From: Bacilli bacterium
GTDB taxonomy: Bacteria > Bacillota_I > Bacilli_A > RFN20 > CAG-449
DNA: 64,000 bases
Reading direction: 5' to 3'
Assembly: GCA_900755065.1 (NCBI GenBank)
Contig: CAAEFC010000012.1
Span: 198 to 64,197, forward strand
The position numbers were made by a program, and so were the translations under genes. Every line of letters starts with the position of its first letter. Position 1 is the stretch's first letter. The notes below the pieces were generated by a model that saw nothing but the letters and a program-made list of their open reading frames with translations, ran no database searches and was not told the DNA's origin. Of the stretch, positions 27,664 to 36,649 are shown piece by piece.

Positions 27664-28707
27664 TTATTTCTTCGCCCCCATTCTGATTCTAGGATCGATA
27701 AATCCGTAAGAAATATCGAGTAAAACGCCCGCTAAAAGGCCGAAAGTCGTAAAGACCGCCATATCGACGAACAGGACGTTGTAATCCGGATTGTTGATGT
27801 TCAGCGCTTCGATGAACAGCGAACCGATGCCCGGAATTCCGTAGAGGTTTTCCAGAATCATCGAACCGCCCATGATCGAAAGGAATTCAGCCAGAATCGA
27901 CGGAACGATCGGCACCATCGCGTTTCTCAGGGCATGACGCAGAATCGCCTGCCGTTTCGTCAGTCCTTTGGTCCGCGCCAGAAGGAGATAATCGCTCTCC
28001 ATCACTTCGCAGAGTTCGGCTCGGGTGAACCGGCAATAGCCGGCGATCGAACCTAAGGACAACGAAAGAACCGGAATGATATACGCCGCGATTTTTCTTC
28101 CTAACGGCGCCGTCGGCGAAGGCCATTTGCTCGGAAGCCACCCGGTTTTATAGCAAAGAAAGTACAATAAAAACGTGATTAAAATGAAGGACGGAATCGA
28201 AATCAGGATCATGACGATCGTCGAGATCACGTGATCGGTCGTCTTGTTTTTATTTAACGCGGCGACGATTCCTAGTATGATTCCAAGCGGAACCGCGAAA
28301 ATCGTGGAGATGATGTTGAGCGTCATCGATACCGGAAGCCTTTGTCCGATGATCGTAATGGCGGAAAGGTTCGGCGAAATCGCAATCGACGTTCCCCAAT
28401 CCCAACGCGTGAAAATATTTCCCAACCAACGGAAGTATTGCGTCATCGCCGGAACTTCGTAGTAATAATGCCATTGATTGGCGGCGTCTTTGTATGACCA
28501 AAGCGCTTCACCCAAACCGGATTGCTGAGAGCCGAAATCGTAAACATATCCCAGATACACCTGTTTGGCGTAGTAAGAAAACTTTTCACTGTCCGTTCCG
28601 ATCGGTTTCTGGAACGGCAGCAGTTTCATCAACAGAAACGTGATCGACAGAATGATGAACGCTGTAACAACGGCAAGGCCTATTCTTTTCAGAACGTATT
28701 TCCACAT
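27664..28707 (-). CDS. oppB: Oligopeptide ABC transporter permease OppB
   Basis: MWKYVLKRIGLAVVTAFIILSITFLLM is a typical OppB/DppB N-terminus. EAA loop LLARTKGLTKRQAILRHALRNA. Confidence 0.88.
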   Translation of the reverse strand: MWKYVLKRIGLAVVTAFIILSITFLLMKLLPFQKPIGTDSEKFSYYAKQVYLGYVYDFGSQQSGLGEALWSYKDAANQWHYYYEVPAMTQYFRWLGNIFTRWDWGTSIAISPNLSAITIIGQRLPVSMTLNIISTIFAVPLGIILGIVAALNKNKTTDHVISTIVMILISIPSFILITFLLYFLCYKTGWLPSKWPSPTAPLGRKIAAYIIPVLSLSLGSIAGYCRFTRAELCEVMESDYLLLARTKGLTKRQAILRHALRNAMVPIVPSILAEFLSIMGGSMILENLYGIPGIGSLFIEALNINNPDYNVLFVDMAVFTTFGLLAGVLLDISYGFIDPRIRMGAKK

Positions 28708-28779
28708 AATGTGCCTCCTCTCGTCTAATCTTCCTTTTTTTAGTATGTATTTAAAAAATAGATATTAAAAAAAGAAATT

Positions 28780-28817
28780 TATATGGCGGGAGAGGACAAT
28801 CCTCCCCACGCCATATA
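28780..28817 (-). terminator. Intra-operon stem-loop (partial terminator/attenuator) between oppA and oppB
   Basis: TATATGGCGGGAGAGG-acaat-CCTCCCCaCGCCATATA, an imperfect stem of about 16 bp. A T7 run follows 5 nt downstream on the minus strand. Confidence 0.5.
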
Positions 28818-28840
28818 ACATTTTCTATACAGTTGCCGTC

Positions 28841-31453
28841 TTATTCAGCGCTTACGACCGGGAATACAGCCGGATCGTAGATCATGGCCGAAGAAATGCT
28901 TTCCGCATCGATTCCGACGACGTTTGAAGTCGTGTAGATATCGAAACTGAAATTGTAGCATTCGCCGTCAATGACCAGAACATCCTGATATTTCAGAACC
29001 AGTTCCGCCGGAATGGTGATCGTCAGCGTTTTTCCGTCTTCGGAGACAACGAAGTCAACCGCATCAGCATCATAGACCGCTTCTGTTCCGGTTTCATTGA
29101 CACCCACCGCCGCGAAGAGTTCGACATAAGTCACTTCGCAGGTTGCGTTTTCCGCATTGGTCAGATCGATCGAGAGCGTTGCAGTCGCGCTTCCGTCTTC
29201 ATGCAATTCGAAGTTGTCCGCCGAAAGCACGGTGTCGTTCAGAGTGAACAGAGGAGCCACTTTGCCGTCGACCAGATAGGCGCCGGTGTCAGCCGCCTGC
29301 CACAGAGAATCGAAGGACCAGTAGCAGCCGTCGTAGTAGAGTTCTTCGGAGACGACGTTGGTATCCGCGCCCCAGTTGAGCGTGAAGCCCGAAGAGTTGT
29401 CGCTCTTCAATACTTCGAGGAAGTTGAGCGGGTTCAGCGAGTTACCGGAAACCGAACCGAATCCGATATCGAACTGACCGATCATCATCTTTTTGTAGTA
29501 GACGTCCGACCAGGTAGTGCCGGCCCAGAAGTCGACAGACAGCGTCAGACCGCCGCCGCAACTGTTGAAGGCATCTTCCAGATTGGATTTGACGTCGGAG
29601 TGGAATTGCGTTTCGTCCGACGCAGTCTGCCAGGCGATTTCGAGGTGAATCGTGTCGCCGGTCTTGTAAACACCGGAAGCAATCAAGGCTTCGCTGGCTT
29701 TTTTGAAGGATTCCTTGGCAAATTCAAGGTTGTAACCGTATTCGGTTCCGGCCTGCGCCGAAGCAACCGCATTCTTGTGCGCGTCCGTATTGTTGTAGAC
29801 GATGCCGTCTTCCGGATTGGACAGGTAGCCCGAACCGAAGTAGTTGGCAGAAGGCGTTCTTCCGTATTTTTCAGCGAAAGCCGTACGGTTGAAAGCGTAG
29901 TTGATGCCGGCCAGGAAGTCCGCATTGGACATCGCCGGTTCGCACTCCCAGTAATCCGCCGTCGCCGTCTGGGTGATCGTTCCTTTGACGCCGAACAATT
30001 CCGCCCATCTTTCCTGCGTGCAGGTGTTGAAGTTCAATTTGAAGGTGGAATCGCCGACGGTAGTGGTGGTTCTTTCATCGTTACGATAAGTATCCAACAT
30101 CGTGGACGGAATGCCCGCCGCGTGCAGATGACCCGCGATGAATTCGTTGAAGACCGCGTTCGGATCTTCGTTCGCCGCTTTCAGAATCTTGTAATGAACA
30201 CCGGCCATTCTGTACCGGTCTTCGTCATAGGTTTCAAACAGATCGTTCTTGCCGAAGACGATTTCCTGATCAGCGTTCCAGGCCTCGACATAGTACGGGC
30301 CGGTAGAAAGCCAGGTGTCGACCGGAGTCAGTCCGCCGTCGGTGTAGTTACCCCAGGCTTTGACGCCGTTGGTAAAGTCTCCTCCACCCAATGCCGAAAT
30401 GAAATCTTCCGGTACCGGTGCGAACATCGAAGACGAGAGATAATACATCGCGTAGAATTCGTTGCAAGGAATGTTGAAAGTAAATTCAAGGTAAGATTTT
30501 CCGTCTTCCACAGAGGTTTTGATTCCGATGTTTTCCCATGCGGAAGCGCTGTAACCCTCAGCGGAAGCGTTGTAGTAGGCCGCCGAGCCTTTGATCGATC
30601 CGGCGCCGGAGAGATTCTCGCTGCCTCTGGCCATACCGTAAGCCGCGGTGTAGTAAATCTTATACGGCGTCACGTAGTCTTCCAGAGCCACTTCTCTGCC
30701 GTTGTAGGCGCTTAACGTGGAATTGGTGCTGCCCGTGCGGTATTTCGCTTCGCTACCGACTTTGACTTCGAGTTTGTAGGTCGTCGCCAGTCCGTTTGCG
30801 TCGGCGTTGACCGCGATCGGTCTCTCGCTCTTCGCCAGTTGTCCGACCCATTCGTAGCCGTCTTTGAATTCGTTCATCTGGGTGGTCCAGTAAGAACCCG
30901 ATACAAGCGGAATCAGATCGCCGACGACCGAACCCTTATCGTTCTGATAGTTGATGGTCTTCGGATCAGACGCTTCATACGTATGATAATATCTCTTCCA
31001 CTTCGTATTCGCTTCGTACGCCATATCCGCATTGATGTAGCCTTCGGAAACGATACCGAAACCGTAGCCCGGAATGTAGGTATTGGTTCCCTTGACGACC
31101 GACGTATCGTACATCACGTAACCGCCGTTCTCGTACATCGTCATGCCGGTCAGATTGTGATTGACCGCGTAGGATTCGAGCAATCCGAGAATTTCCGTTC
31201 TTTCCTCGTAACTGGAAGCCACATAGGATTTGGCTCCGTTCGCATAATTCTCTACGTCGAATGGTTTCTTGTCCCCCGTTACCGACGAACTGGAAGAACT
31301 GGAACCTTGTCCGGACGAATCCGTTACACTCGACGAGCCAACATCCCCTCCCGGAACGGAAGAACTGCTGGAATCTTTTTTGGAAGAACAGCCCGCCAAC
31401 GCGGTAAGCGATAGGAGTGCTGCTACTAAAAAGATTTTTTTAGTGTTTTTCAT
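28841..31453 (-). CDS. oppA: Oligopeptide-binding lipoprotein OppA (family 5 SBP), unusually large
   Basis: ORF track, 870 aa. Lipobox LTALAGCSS and an S-rich linker. It is first in the oppABCDF gene order. The assignment rests partly on context. Confidence 0.75.
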   Translation of the reverse strand: MKNTKKIFLVAALLSLTALAGCSSKKDSSSSSVPGGDVGSSSVTDSSGQGSSSSSSSVTGDKKPFDVENYANGAKSYVASSYEERTEILGLLESYAVNHNLTGMTMYENGGYVMYDTSVVKGTNTYIPGYGFGIVSEGYINADMAYEANTKWKRYYHTYEASDPKTINYQNDKGSVVGDLIPLVSGSYWTTQMNEFKDGYEWVGQLAKSERPIAVNADANGLATTYKLEVKVGSEAKYRTGSTNSTLSAYNGREVALEDYVTPYKIYYTAAYGMARGSENLSGAGSIKGSAAYYNASAEGYSASAWENIGIKTSVEDGKSYLEFTFNIPCNEFYAMYYLSSSMFAPVPEDFISALGGGDFTNGVKAWGNYTDGGLTPVDTWLSTGPYYVEAWNADQEIVFGKNDLFETYDEDRYRMAGVHYKILKAANEDPNAVFNEFIAGHLHAAGIPSTMLDTYRNDERTTTTVGDSTFKLNFNTCTQERWAELFGVKGTITQTATADYWECEPAMSNADFLAGINYAFNRTAFAEKYGRTPSANYFGSGYLSNPEDGIVYNNTDAHKNAVASAQAGTEYGYNLEFAKESFKKASEALIASGVYKTGDTIHLEIAWQTASDETQFHSDVKSNLEDAFNSCGGGLTLSVDFWAGTTWSDVYYKKMMIGQFDIGFGSVSGNSLNPLNFLEVLKSDNSSGFTLNWGADTNVVSEELYYDGCYWSFDSLWQAADTGAYLVDGKVAPLFTLNDTVLSADNFELHEDGSATATLSIDLTNAENATCEVTYVELFAAVGVNETGTEAVYDADAVDFVVSEDGKTLTITIPAELVLKYQDVLVIDGECYNFSFDIYTTSNVVGIDAESISSAMIYDPAVFPVVSAE

Positions 31454-31625
31454 AAATTTCCTCCTTTTTTGAGTTACATATACATTATATTTATGTCAAA
31501 AGTGTTTAAAAATAGTAGAACTCCTTGCTTTTTCCACTTGCACTTTCGATATAAATTAAAATATACGTATCTACAATAAACACTATTTTTTACTCGATGT
31601 CAACGAAAATATTGACATTTTTTTG

Positions 31626-31652
31626 CAAAAAAAAGATGAAATCGCTTTCATC
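31626..31652 (-). terminator. Terminator of the rnr-smpB-orf operon
   Basis: The minus strand reads GATGAAA-gcga-TTTCATC followed by T8. Confidence 0.7.
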
Positions 31653-31707
31653 AAAACTTTTTTCTTCTCTGACTTTTCTTCGCCGGCGACCCGCCGTTTT
31701 CTTTGCT

Positions 31708-32319
31708 TTACAGGTGAATCGCGATTTTATTCAACGAAAAGAGAAAGTCGGACACCATGTTGGACAAGATGCCCGCCGAAACGAAAAAGACTTCCGAATC
31801 GTTGTCCTGCAAAATGCGGATTTTGATTTCGTCCAGAAAAGTTTCGCTGTCGGTTCTTTCGACGATCCCTTTCCGAACGGTTTCCAGATCAAGAACCGCG
31901 TAACGGTCGAAATAGTCGATCACATAGCGGTAACGGTGCTTTTCCTCCCGGTTCTGCACGATGAAACAGGCTTTTTTCATCCGGATTTCCGAAGACAGGT
32001 CGATGATCTTGAACGCGCGGGAATACGGCACTTCCCTGCCGAGAAATTTTTCGGCCAGACGGATTTCTTTTTTATTCGTTCCCAGAAGAAGCGTGGCGTC
32101 CCTCAGCGCTTTCAGCGTGCCGTGGAGAAAGTACCGAATCTGCCCCTCGTCGGGATAAAAGACCGCCGCGTCGATCAGCGCGTCTTTCAGCAAGATCCGG
32201 TATTTCTTTTTCCGGAACTTCGACAAGGCGTATTTCACGCACAGAAGCGACGCTTCGTCGAAAGAAAAAGTCGAAAAACTGATTCCGGTATAGATATAAC
32301 TGTCGATTGTCTCCAACAT
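31708..32319 (-). CDS. Hypothetical protein (203 aa) translationally coupled to smpB
   Basis: ATG 32319-32317 overlaps the smpB TGA (ATGA). The protein begins MLETIDSYIYTGISFSTF... and has no recognisable family. The 329-aa ORF-track version is an out-of-frame read through smpB. Confidence 0.6.
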   Translation of the reverse strand: MLETIDSYIYTGISFSTFSFDEASLLCVKYALSKFRKKKYRILLKDALIDAAVFYPDEGQIRYFLHGTLKALRDATLLLGTNKKEIRLAEKFLGREVPYSRAFKIIDLSSEIRMKKACFIVQNREEKHRYRYVIDYFDRYAVLDLETVRKGIVERTDSETFLDEIKIRILQDNDSEVFFVSAGILSNMVSDFLFSLNKIAIHL

Positions 32320-32768
32320 CAGTATTCCCTGACTTTCGCCATTTCTCTTTTCTGGCTCTTTTCTTTTTCGCTTTCGCGTTTGTCGTAATTCTTCTTTCCT
32401 TTCGCCAGAGCGATCTCGACTTTCGCCCGTCCGTTTTTCAGATACACTTTGGTGCAGACCAGCGTATAGCCTTTCTCCTTCACTTTCTGGGACAGTTTCA
32501 GAATCTCTTTTTTGTGCAGAAGCAGTTTCCGCGTCCTCAGGGGGTCGTGGTTGAAAATATTTCCCTCTTTGAACACGCTGATGTGCATATTGAGAATAAA
32601 AGCCTCCTGATTCCGGATGACGACGTAGGAATCCGCCAGAGAGGCGCCGTTGACTTTCAGCGACTTGATTTCCGTCCCTTTCAGGGCGATGCCGCATTCC
32701 AGAGGCGATGAAAGAAAATATTCGTAGGACGCCTTGCGGTTGGTGGCGATGACCTTAATTCCTTCCAT
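32319..32768 (-). CDS. smpB: SsrA-binding protein SmpB
   Basis: IATNRKASYEYFL...GIALKGTEIKSL...HISVF...NHDPLRTRKLLLHKKEI matches SmpB. Start at MEGIKV (ATG 32768) has a GGGAGGAA RBS. Confidence 0.93.
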   Translation of the reverse strand: MEGIKVIATNRKASYEYFLSSPLECGIALKGTEIKSLKVNGASLADSYVVIRNQEAFILNMHISVFKEGNIFNHDPLRTRKLLLHKKEILKLSQKVKEKGYTLVCTKVYLKNGRAKVEIALAKGKKNYDKRESEKEKSQKREMAKVREY

Positions 32769-34866
32769 ATTTTCTTTTCCTCCCGCTTTCATTCTTTATT
32801 GTAGCCGCTTTTCTTTCGTCGATCAAAGAAAAAACGATCTGATAGGATTCGACGTCCGCGCGGATCAGACGGACCCGAAGGCGGTCGCCCATCTGAAATC
32901 TTCTTCCCGTCCGTTTTCCTGTCGCTGTCAGATACCGCTCGTCGAAAACGTAAAAATCGTCGGCGATTTCCTCGAAGTCGAGAAATCCGTCGATGCCGTT
33001 TTCCAGTTCGACGAAGATGCCTTTTGCACTCATGCCGTTGATCCGCCCCGAAAAGACGTTCCCGACCTTGTCCGCCATGAATTTAGCGCTTTCCAGATCG
33101 TCGACTTCCCGTTCGATGCTCATCGCGCGGCGTTCCTTCATCGACGCAGTTTCGCAGATATACGCGATCTCTTCGGAAAATTCTTTGCTGACGCGAAGAT
33201 TTTTTCCGATCAGGTACCGGTCGATCAGACGGTGAACGCATAAGTCCGGATACCGTCGGATCGGCGAAGTGAAATGGCAGTACGTCTGACTCGCCAGCCC
33301 GTAATGCCCGCGATTCTCCGATGCGTACCGCGCTTTGGCCAGCGAACGGAGAAGGATCATCGAAAGAATTTCTTTCTTGTCCCGATCCTGTATCCGATCC
33401 AGATGAGAAGAAAGTTCTTTCGGCGTTACGCTCAACGGGGAGAAATCGCACTTATAGCCCAAATGCGCGGAAATCTTCATGAACGTCTCCATTTTCTTGG
33501 ATTTCGGCTGTTCGTGAATCCGATACGCGAAAGGCAATTGAAGGCGTTCGACCGCCGAAGCGACGATTTCGTTGGCCGCGATCATCAGGTCCTCGATCAG
33601 TTCTTCCCCTTCGCCCTGCTTTCTCTTCACGACTTCGTAAGGCTGTCCTTCTTTCGTGCAGAGAAAGAGCAACTCGGTCGATTCCAGATCGATCGCGCCC
33701 GCTCTTTTCCGCTTTTTCCGGATTTTGTTCGCCGCTTCGTGAAGAAGAAACAACATCTGATCGATTTCTTCGGACATATGCTCTTCCTTTTTCAGTTCGT
33801 GGTTCAGCAGGCGGTTGACATACGTATACGTCAGGCGGGCGGACGAACGGATCACGCCTTTGACGATCTTACTTTCCAGAACGTTGCCGAACGGATCGAT
33901 TTCAAAAATACAGGACGTTACCAGCCTGTCGACGCCGGGATTGAGCGAGCAGATGCCGTTGGAAAGTTCAAACGGAAGCATCGGCACCACCCGGTCCGTC
34001 ACGTAAATCGAAGTTCCCCGCGACAGGGCTTCCCTGTCTAACGGCGTTCCCGGACAGACATAATGCGCGACGTCGGCGATATGCACGCCGATTTCGTACC
34101 CCCGCGAAGTTCTTCTGATCTCGACAGCGTCGTCGAAATCTTTGGCGTCTTCCCCGTCGATCGTAACGATCCGATGATCGCGGAAATCGACGCGCCCCGC
34201 CAACTCGGACTCGTCCACATGATCGGGAACCGTCCGGACTTGCTTCAAAACCTCTTCGCCGAACGTCAGATCCGCGCCGTGATTGAGAATAATGCGGGCG
34301 ATGTCCGCGCCGGGATCGTTTTTATGGCCGATCACTTCGGCGACATCGAGATAAAAGCGGTTCTCTTCCTGCCGTACGATCGCGGCGGAAACGATCGTTC
34401 CTGCGACGAGATTCCCCGAACCGGCATTCAGAACGAATTCCGTGTCTTCGGTGGCGATGTCCTTCGTTTCGAGAAAGCATTTTCCCCGTCGGAAGACGAC
34501 CTCGCCGACGATCCGTTTCCGGCTCTTTTCGATGATCGAAAAAACCTCTCCCGCGTTTCCGTGCATTTTCAGATAGACGACGTCGTCCGGGAACGCTCCG
34601 TGCAGATCGGTCTGATCGATGTAAACGTCTTCCTCTTCGTCCGAAAGCGAAGCAAAGGCAAAATGATTCCGCACCGAAACGATGCGGGCTTTCTTCAATC
34701 CGATCTGTTCCGGAAGATAGAGTTTATCGCGATGAAGCGCGACTTCTCCGTCGGCAATCATTCGGTTCAGCGTTTTTTCCGCTTCTTTTTCATCGGAAAA
34801 GAATTCGAGCAGCACTTTCCTGCTCAAAGGGTGTTTTCCGATCAGATTACGGATTCGTTCTTCCAT
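32755..34866 (-). CDS. rnr: Ribonuclease R
   Basis: ORF track, 703 aa. RNB domain motifs (TIDGEDAKDFDDAV, HYGLA...YCHFTSPIRRYPDL) and a C-terminal S1 domain. Confidence 0.92.
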   Translation of the reverse strand: MEERIRNLIGKHPLSRKVLLEFFSDEKEAEKTLNRMIADGEVALHRDKLYLPEQIGLKKARIVSVRNHFAFASLSDEEEDVYIDQTDLHGAFPDDVVYLKMHGNAGEVFSIIEKSRKRIVGEVVFRRGKCFLETKDIATEDTEFVLNAGSGNLVAGTIVSAAIVRQEENRFYLDVAEVIGHKNDPGADIARIILNHGADLTFGEEVLKQVRTVPDHVDESELAGRVDFRDHRIVTIDGEDAKDFDDAVEIRRTSRGYEIGVHIADVAHYVCPGTPLDREALSRGTSIYVTDRVVPMLPFELSNGICSLNPGVDRLVTSCIFEIDPFGNVLESKIVKGVIRSSARLTYTYVNRLLNHELKKEEHMSEEIDQMLFLLHEAANKIRKKRKRAGAIDLESTELLFLCTKEGQPYEVVKRKQGEGEELIEDLMIAANEIVASAVERLQLPFAYRIHEQPKSKKMETFMKISAHLGYKCDFSPLSVTPKELSSHLDRIQDRDKKEILSMILLRSLAKARYASENRGHYGLASQTYCHFTSPIRRYPDLCVHRLIDRYLIGKNLRVSKEFSEEIAYICETASMKERRAMSIEREVDDLESAKFMADKVGNVFSGRINGMSAKGIFVELENGIDGFLDFEEIADDFYVFDERYLTATGKRTGRRFQMGDRLRVRLIRADVESYQIVFSLIDERKAATIKNESGRKRKYGRN

Positions 34867-34920
34867 GCGTTCGCCTCTCCTTCCGAAAATAAAAATAAAA
34901 GGGTTTTCGCAACCCTTCGT

Positions 34921-35142
34921 TTAACCGAGATACTTCGTCAGCAGTGTAAAGAGGAAAAAGACGATGCCCAGAACTAACGTCAGGATCGAGAGAACCCTCT
35001 CCGAACCGCGCTCTTTGGTTTTGGCGAAAATATTCATTTTGCTTCCTCCGGTGATCGCGCCCGAAGCCCCGTTGGTCTTCCCTCCCTGCAAAAGGGTAAT
35101 CAGAATCAGCAAGACAGAAATGACAACCAAGACGTACTCCAT
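34921..35142 (-). CDS. secG: Preprotein translocase subunit SecG
   Basis: 73 aa, two TM helices, LLQGGK motif, and the conserved secG-rnr-smpB neighbourhood. Confidence 0.85.
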   Translation of the reverse strand: MEYVLVVISVLLILITLLQGGKTNGASGAITGGSKMNIFAKTKERGSERVLSILTLVLGIVFFLFTLLTKYLG

Positions 35143-35264
35143 TTTTTCCTCCTTTTTTAAGGGTCTTTACTATAATACACCATTTTCCCCGACTTTAAAA
35201 AGGTTTTTTTGATTTTGCGCTTTATTTATTCATTTTTTTCCGGCTATCGGTTATACTTGGAATG

Positions 35265-35351
35265 ACAGAGTAGTTAGAAAGCGTTAAGTGCCTGCTTTTG
35301 GGAAGAAGAAACAGGACGAACCTTGTGGCGGTTTTCTAATGCGTCCGCTGT
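35265..35351 (+). promoter_or_regulatory. THF (tetrahydrofolate) riboswitch aptamer
   Basis: ACAGAGTAG-TTAGAAA-GCGTTAAGTG-CCTGCTTTTGGGAAGAAGAAACAGG-ACGAACCTTGTGGCGG-TTTTCTAA-TGCGTCCGCTGT aligns block by block with the E. siraeum THF riboswitch as I remember it (GGAGAGUAG..GCGUUAAGUG...GGGA...ACGA..GCGG..UGCAUCCGCUCC). It sits upstream of a folT-like gene. Confidence 0.8.
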
Positions 35352-35375
35352 TAATGTGAAGACATTACTTTCGCG

Positions 35376-35399
35376 GACCTCTCCAAGGAGGTCTTTTTT
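35376..35399 (+). terminator. Expression platform: hairpin that sequesters the RBS and acts as a terminator
   Basis: GACCTC-tccaag-GAGGTC followed by T6, ending 1 nt before ATG 35400. The AAGGAGG RBS forms the 3' arm. Confidence 0.7.
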
Positions 35400-36638
35400 A
35401 TGAAAACATATCCGATCCGTTCCAAAAGATTGCGCACCGTCTTCGTCGTTACTTTGCTTTCTTTTCTCCTTTCCTTTCTCTTCGGTTATCTGATCACTTC
35501 TTTCGTCAATTATCGGAACAGTTACTATCAAGTCAATTTCACCTATGAAGGCGACCAGGACCTGAACGCCATGATCGACGCGGACTATCTGAAAGAGATC
35601 CGCGACAGCGACCTGAATAAATACGCTTCGATCGACGTGGACGCCATGCTCCGGAAAGCGGATTTTACGTTGACCGATCATCGCCCGAACTATACGATCT
35701 GCACGAAAAGCCATTACTACGATCAGTTTTTCTTCATCTCAAAGAAAAGCGTCGGAACGCGGGCAAAGACGTTTATCCGAACCGCTTTGACGACTTATAT
35801 CCGGGATACGGACAGCCTCGTTTTTGAAAACGAAAGCGACATCGTCGTGCTGAAAAACCACTTTTCCCCTTATCTAGGCGGATGTTTCGCCCTGATCGGG
35901 GGAGCCTTTTTCGCCGTACTCGCCGTTAGTTTCACCCGGGACAAGGAACGTCCCGACATCGAGGACAACGTCCGTCTCTTTCACACGCCTTTTCATAAAG
36001 CCTACTGGAAATCCTGCCTGAACGTCTTCAAAAGCGCGAAGTCCCTTTCGGGACTGGCGATGCTTTTCGCCCTGCTTCTTCTCTCCAAGTTCTTCTCGCT
36101 TCCCAGCGGGTTCGGAAATCTGGGGATTTCGCTCGCATACCTTTTTCTCGCCGTCATCGGACTCGTGTACGGCCCTGTCGTGTCGTTGATCATCGGCGCG
36201 CTCAGCGATATCATCGGCTACTTCATCACGCCTCAGCAGGGGATGTTCTACTTCGGATACACCGTGCAGGCCGCTTTGGCCGCCTTTACGTACGGGATTT
36301 GCTTCTATAAAACCCGGCTCAGTTTCGGAAAAGTGCTTCTTTCGCGGATCATCGTGGGCATGCTGTTGAACGTTCTGCTGGGTTCGTATCTCCAATGCCG
36401 CCTGTTCGCGATGTCGGGAAGCCTGGACTCGGCCGCGTTCGGGGCCACTTTTTCGGCGTACGCTCTGCTCTACTCTTTGCCGAAAAACCTGGTCTATCTT
36501 CTTCCTCAAAGCCTGGTTCTTTATTTCGTTTTCCGTGTGATCGTCCCCGTTTTCTGCCGGTTCGGCTACATCGACGAAAACGTCCGCCTTTCTTTCGTTT
36601 ACTCAGATCGGAAAGAAGAGACGTTGAATCAAAACTGA
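35400..36638 (+). CDS. Folate-family ECF transporter S component (FolT-like) fused to a roughly 200-aa N-terminal TM/extracytoplasmic domain
   Basis: Residues from about 200 to 412 match the FolT pattern (LSGLAMLFALLLLSKFFSLP...LVYGPVVSLIIGALSDIIGYF...FYFGYTVQAALAAFTYGI). The N-terminal part has TM1, about 125 aa of polar sequence, then TM2. Confidence 0.75.
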   Translation: MKTYPIRSKRLRTVFVVTLLSFLLSFLFGYLITSFVNYRNSYYQVNFTYEGDQDLNAMIDADYLKEIRDSDLNKYASIDVDAMLRKADFTLTDHRPNYTICTKSHYYDQFFFISKKSVGTRAKTFIRTALTTYIRDTDSLVFENESDIVVLKNHFSPYLGGCFALIGGAFFAVLAVSFTRDKERPDIEDNVRLFHTPFHKAYWKSCLNVFKSAKSLSGLAMLFALLLLSKFFSLPSGFGNLGISLAYLFLAVIGLVYGPVVSLIIGALSDIIGYFITPQQGMFYFGYTVQAALAAFTYGICFYKTRLSFGKVLLSRIIVGMLLNVLLGSYLQCRLFAMSGSLDSAAFGATFSAYALLYSLPKNLVYLLPQSLVLYFVFRVIVPVFCRFGYIDENVRLSFVYSDRKEETLNQN

Positions 36639-36649
36639 TGTTTCAGGAA

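Noticed and set aside
29201-30715. 504-aa plus-strand ORF antisense to oppA
   Set aside because: This shadow frame of a well-supported lipoprotein gene has an Arg/Val/Phe-rich composition and no independent signals. The same applies to similar ORFs at 24540-25754, 26519-27709, 54078-55277, 58265-59464 and 59916-61289.
32320-32697. N-terminal 126 codons of the 329-aa ORF-track entry 31708-32697
   Set aside because: This stretch overlaps smpB in a different frame and translates to Arg/Glu/Ser-rich nonsense. The ATG at 32319 overlapping the smpB stop is the credible start.
35274-35714. 146-aa minus-strand ORF
   Set aside because: It overlaps the THF riboswitch and the 5' end of the folT-like gene on the opposite strand. 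It has no RBS and is explained by the RNA element and the real CDS.
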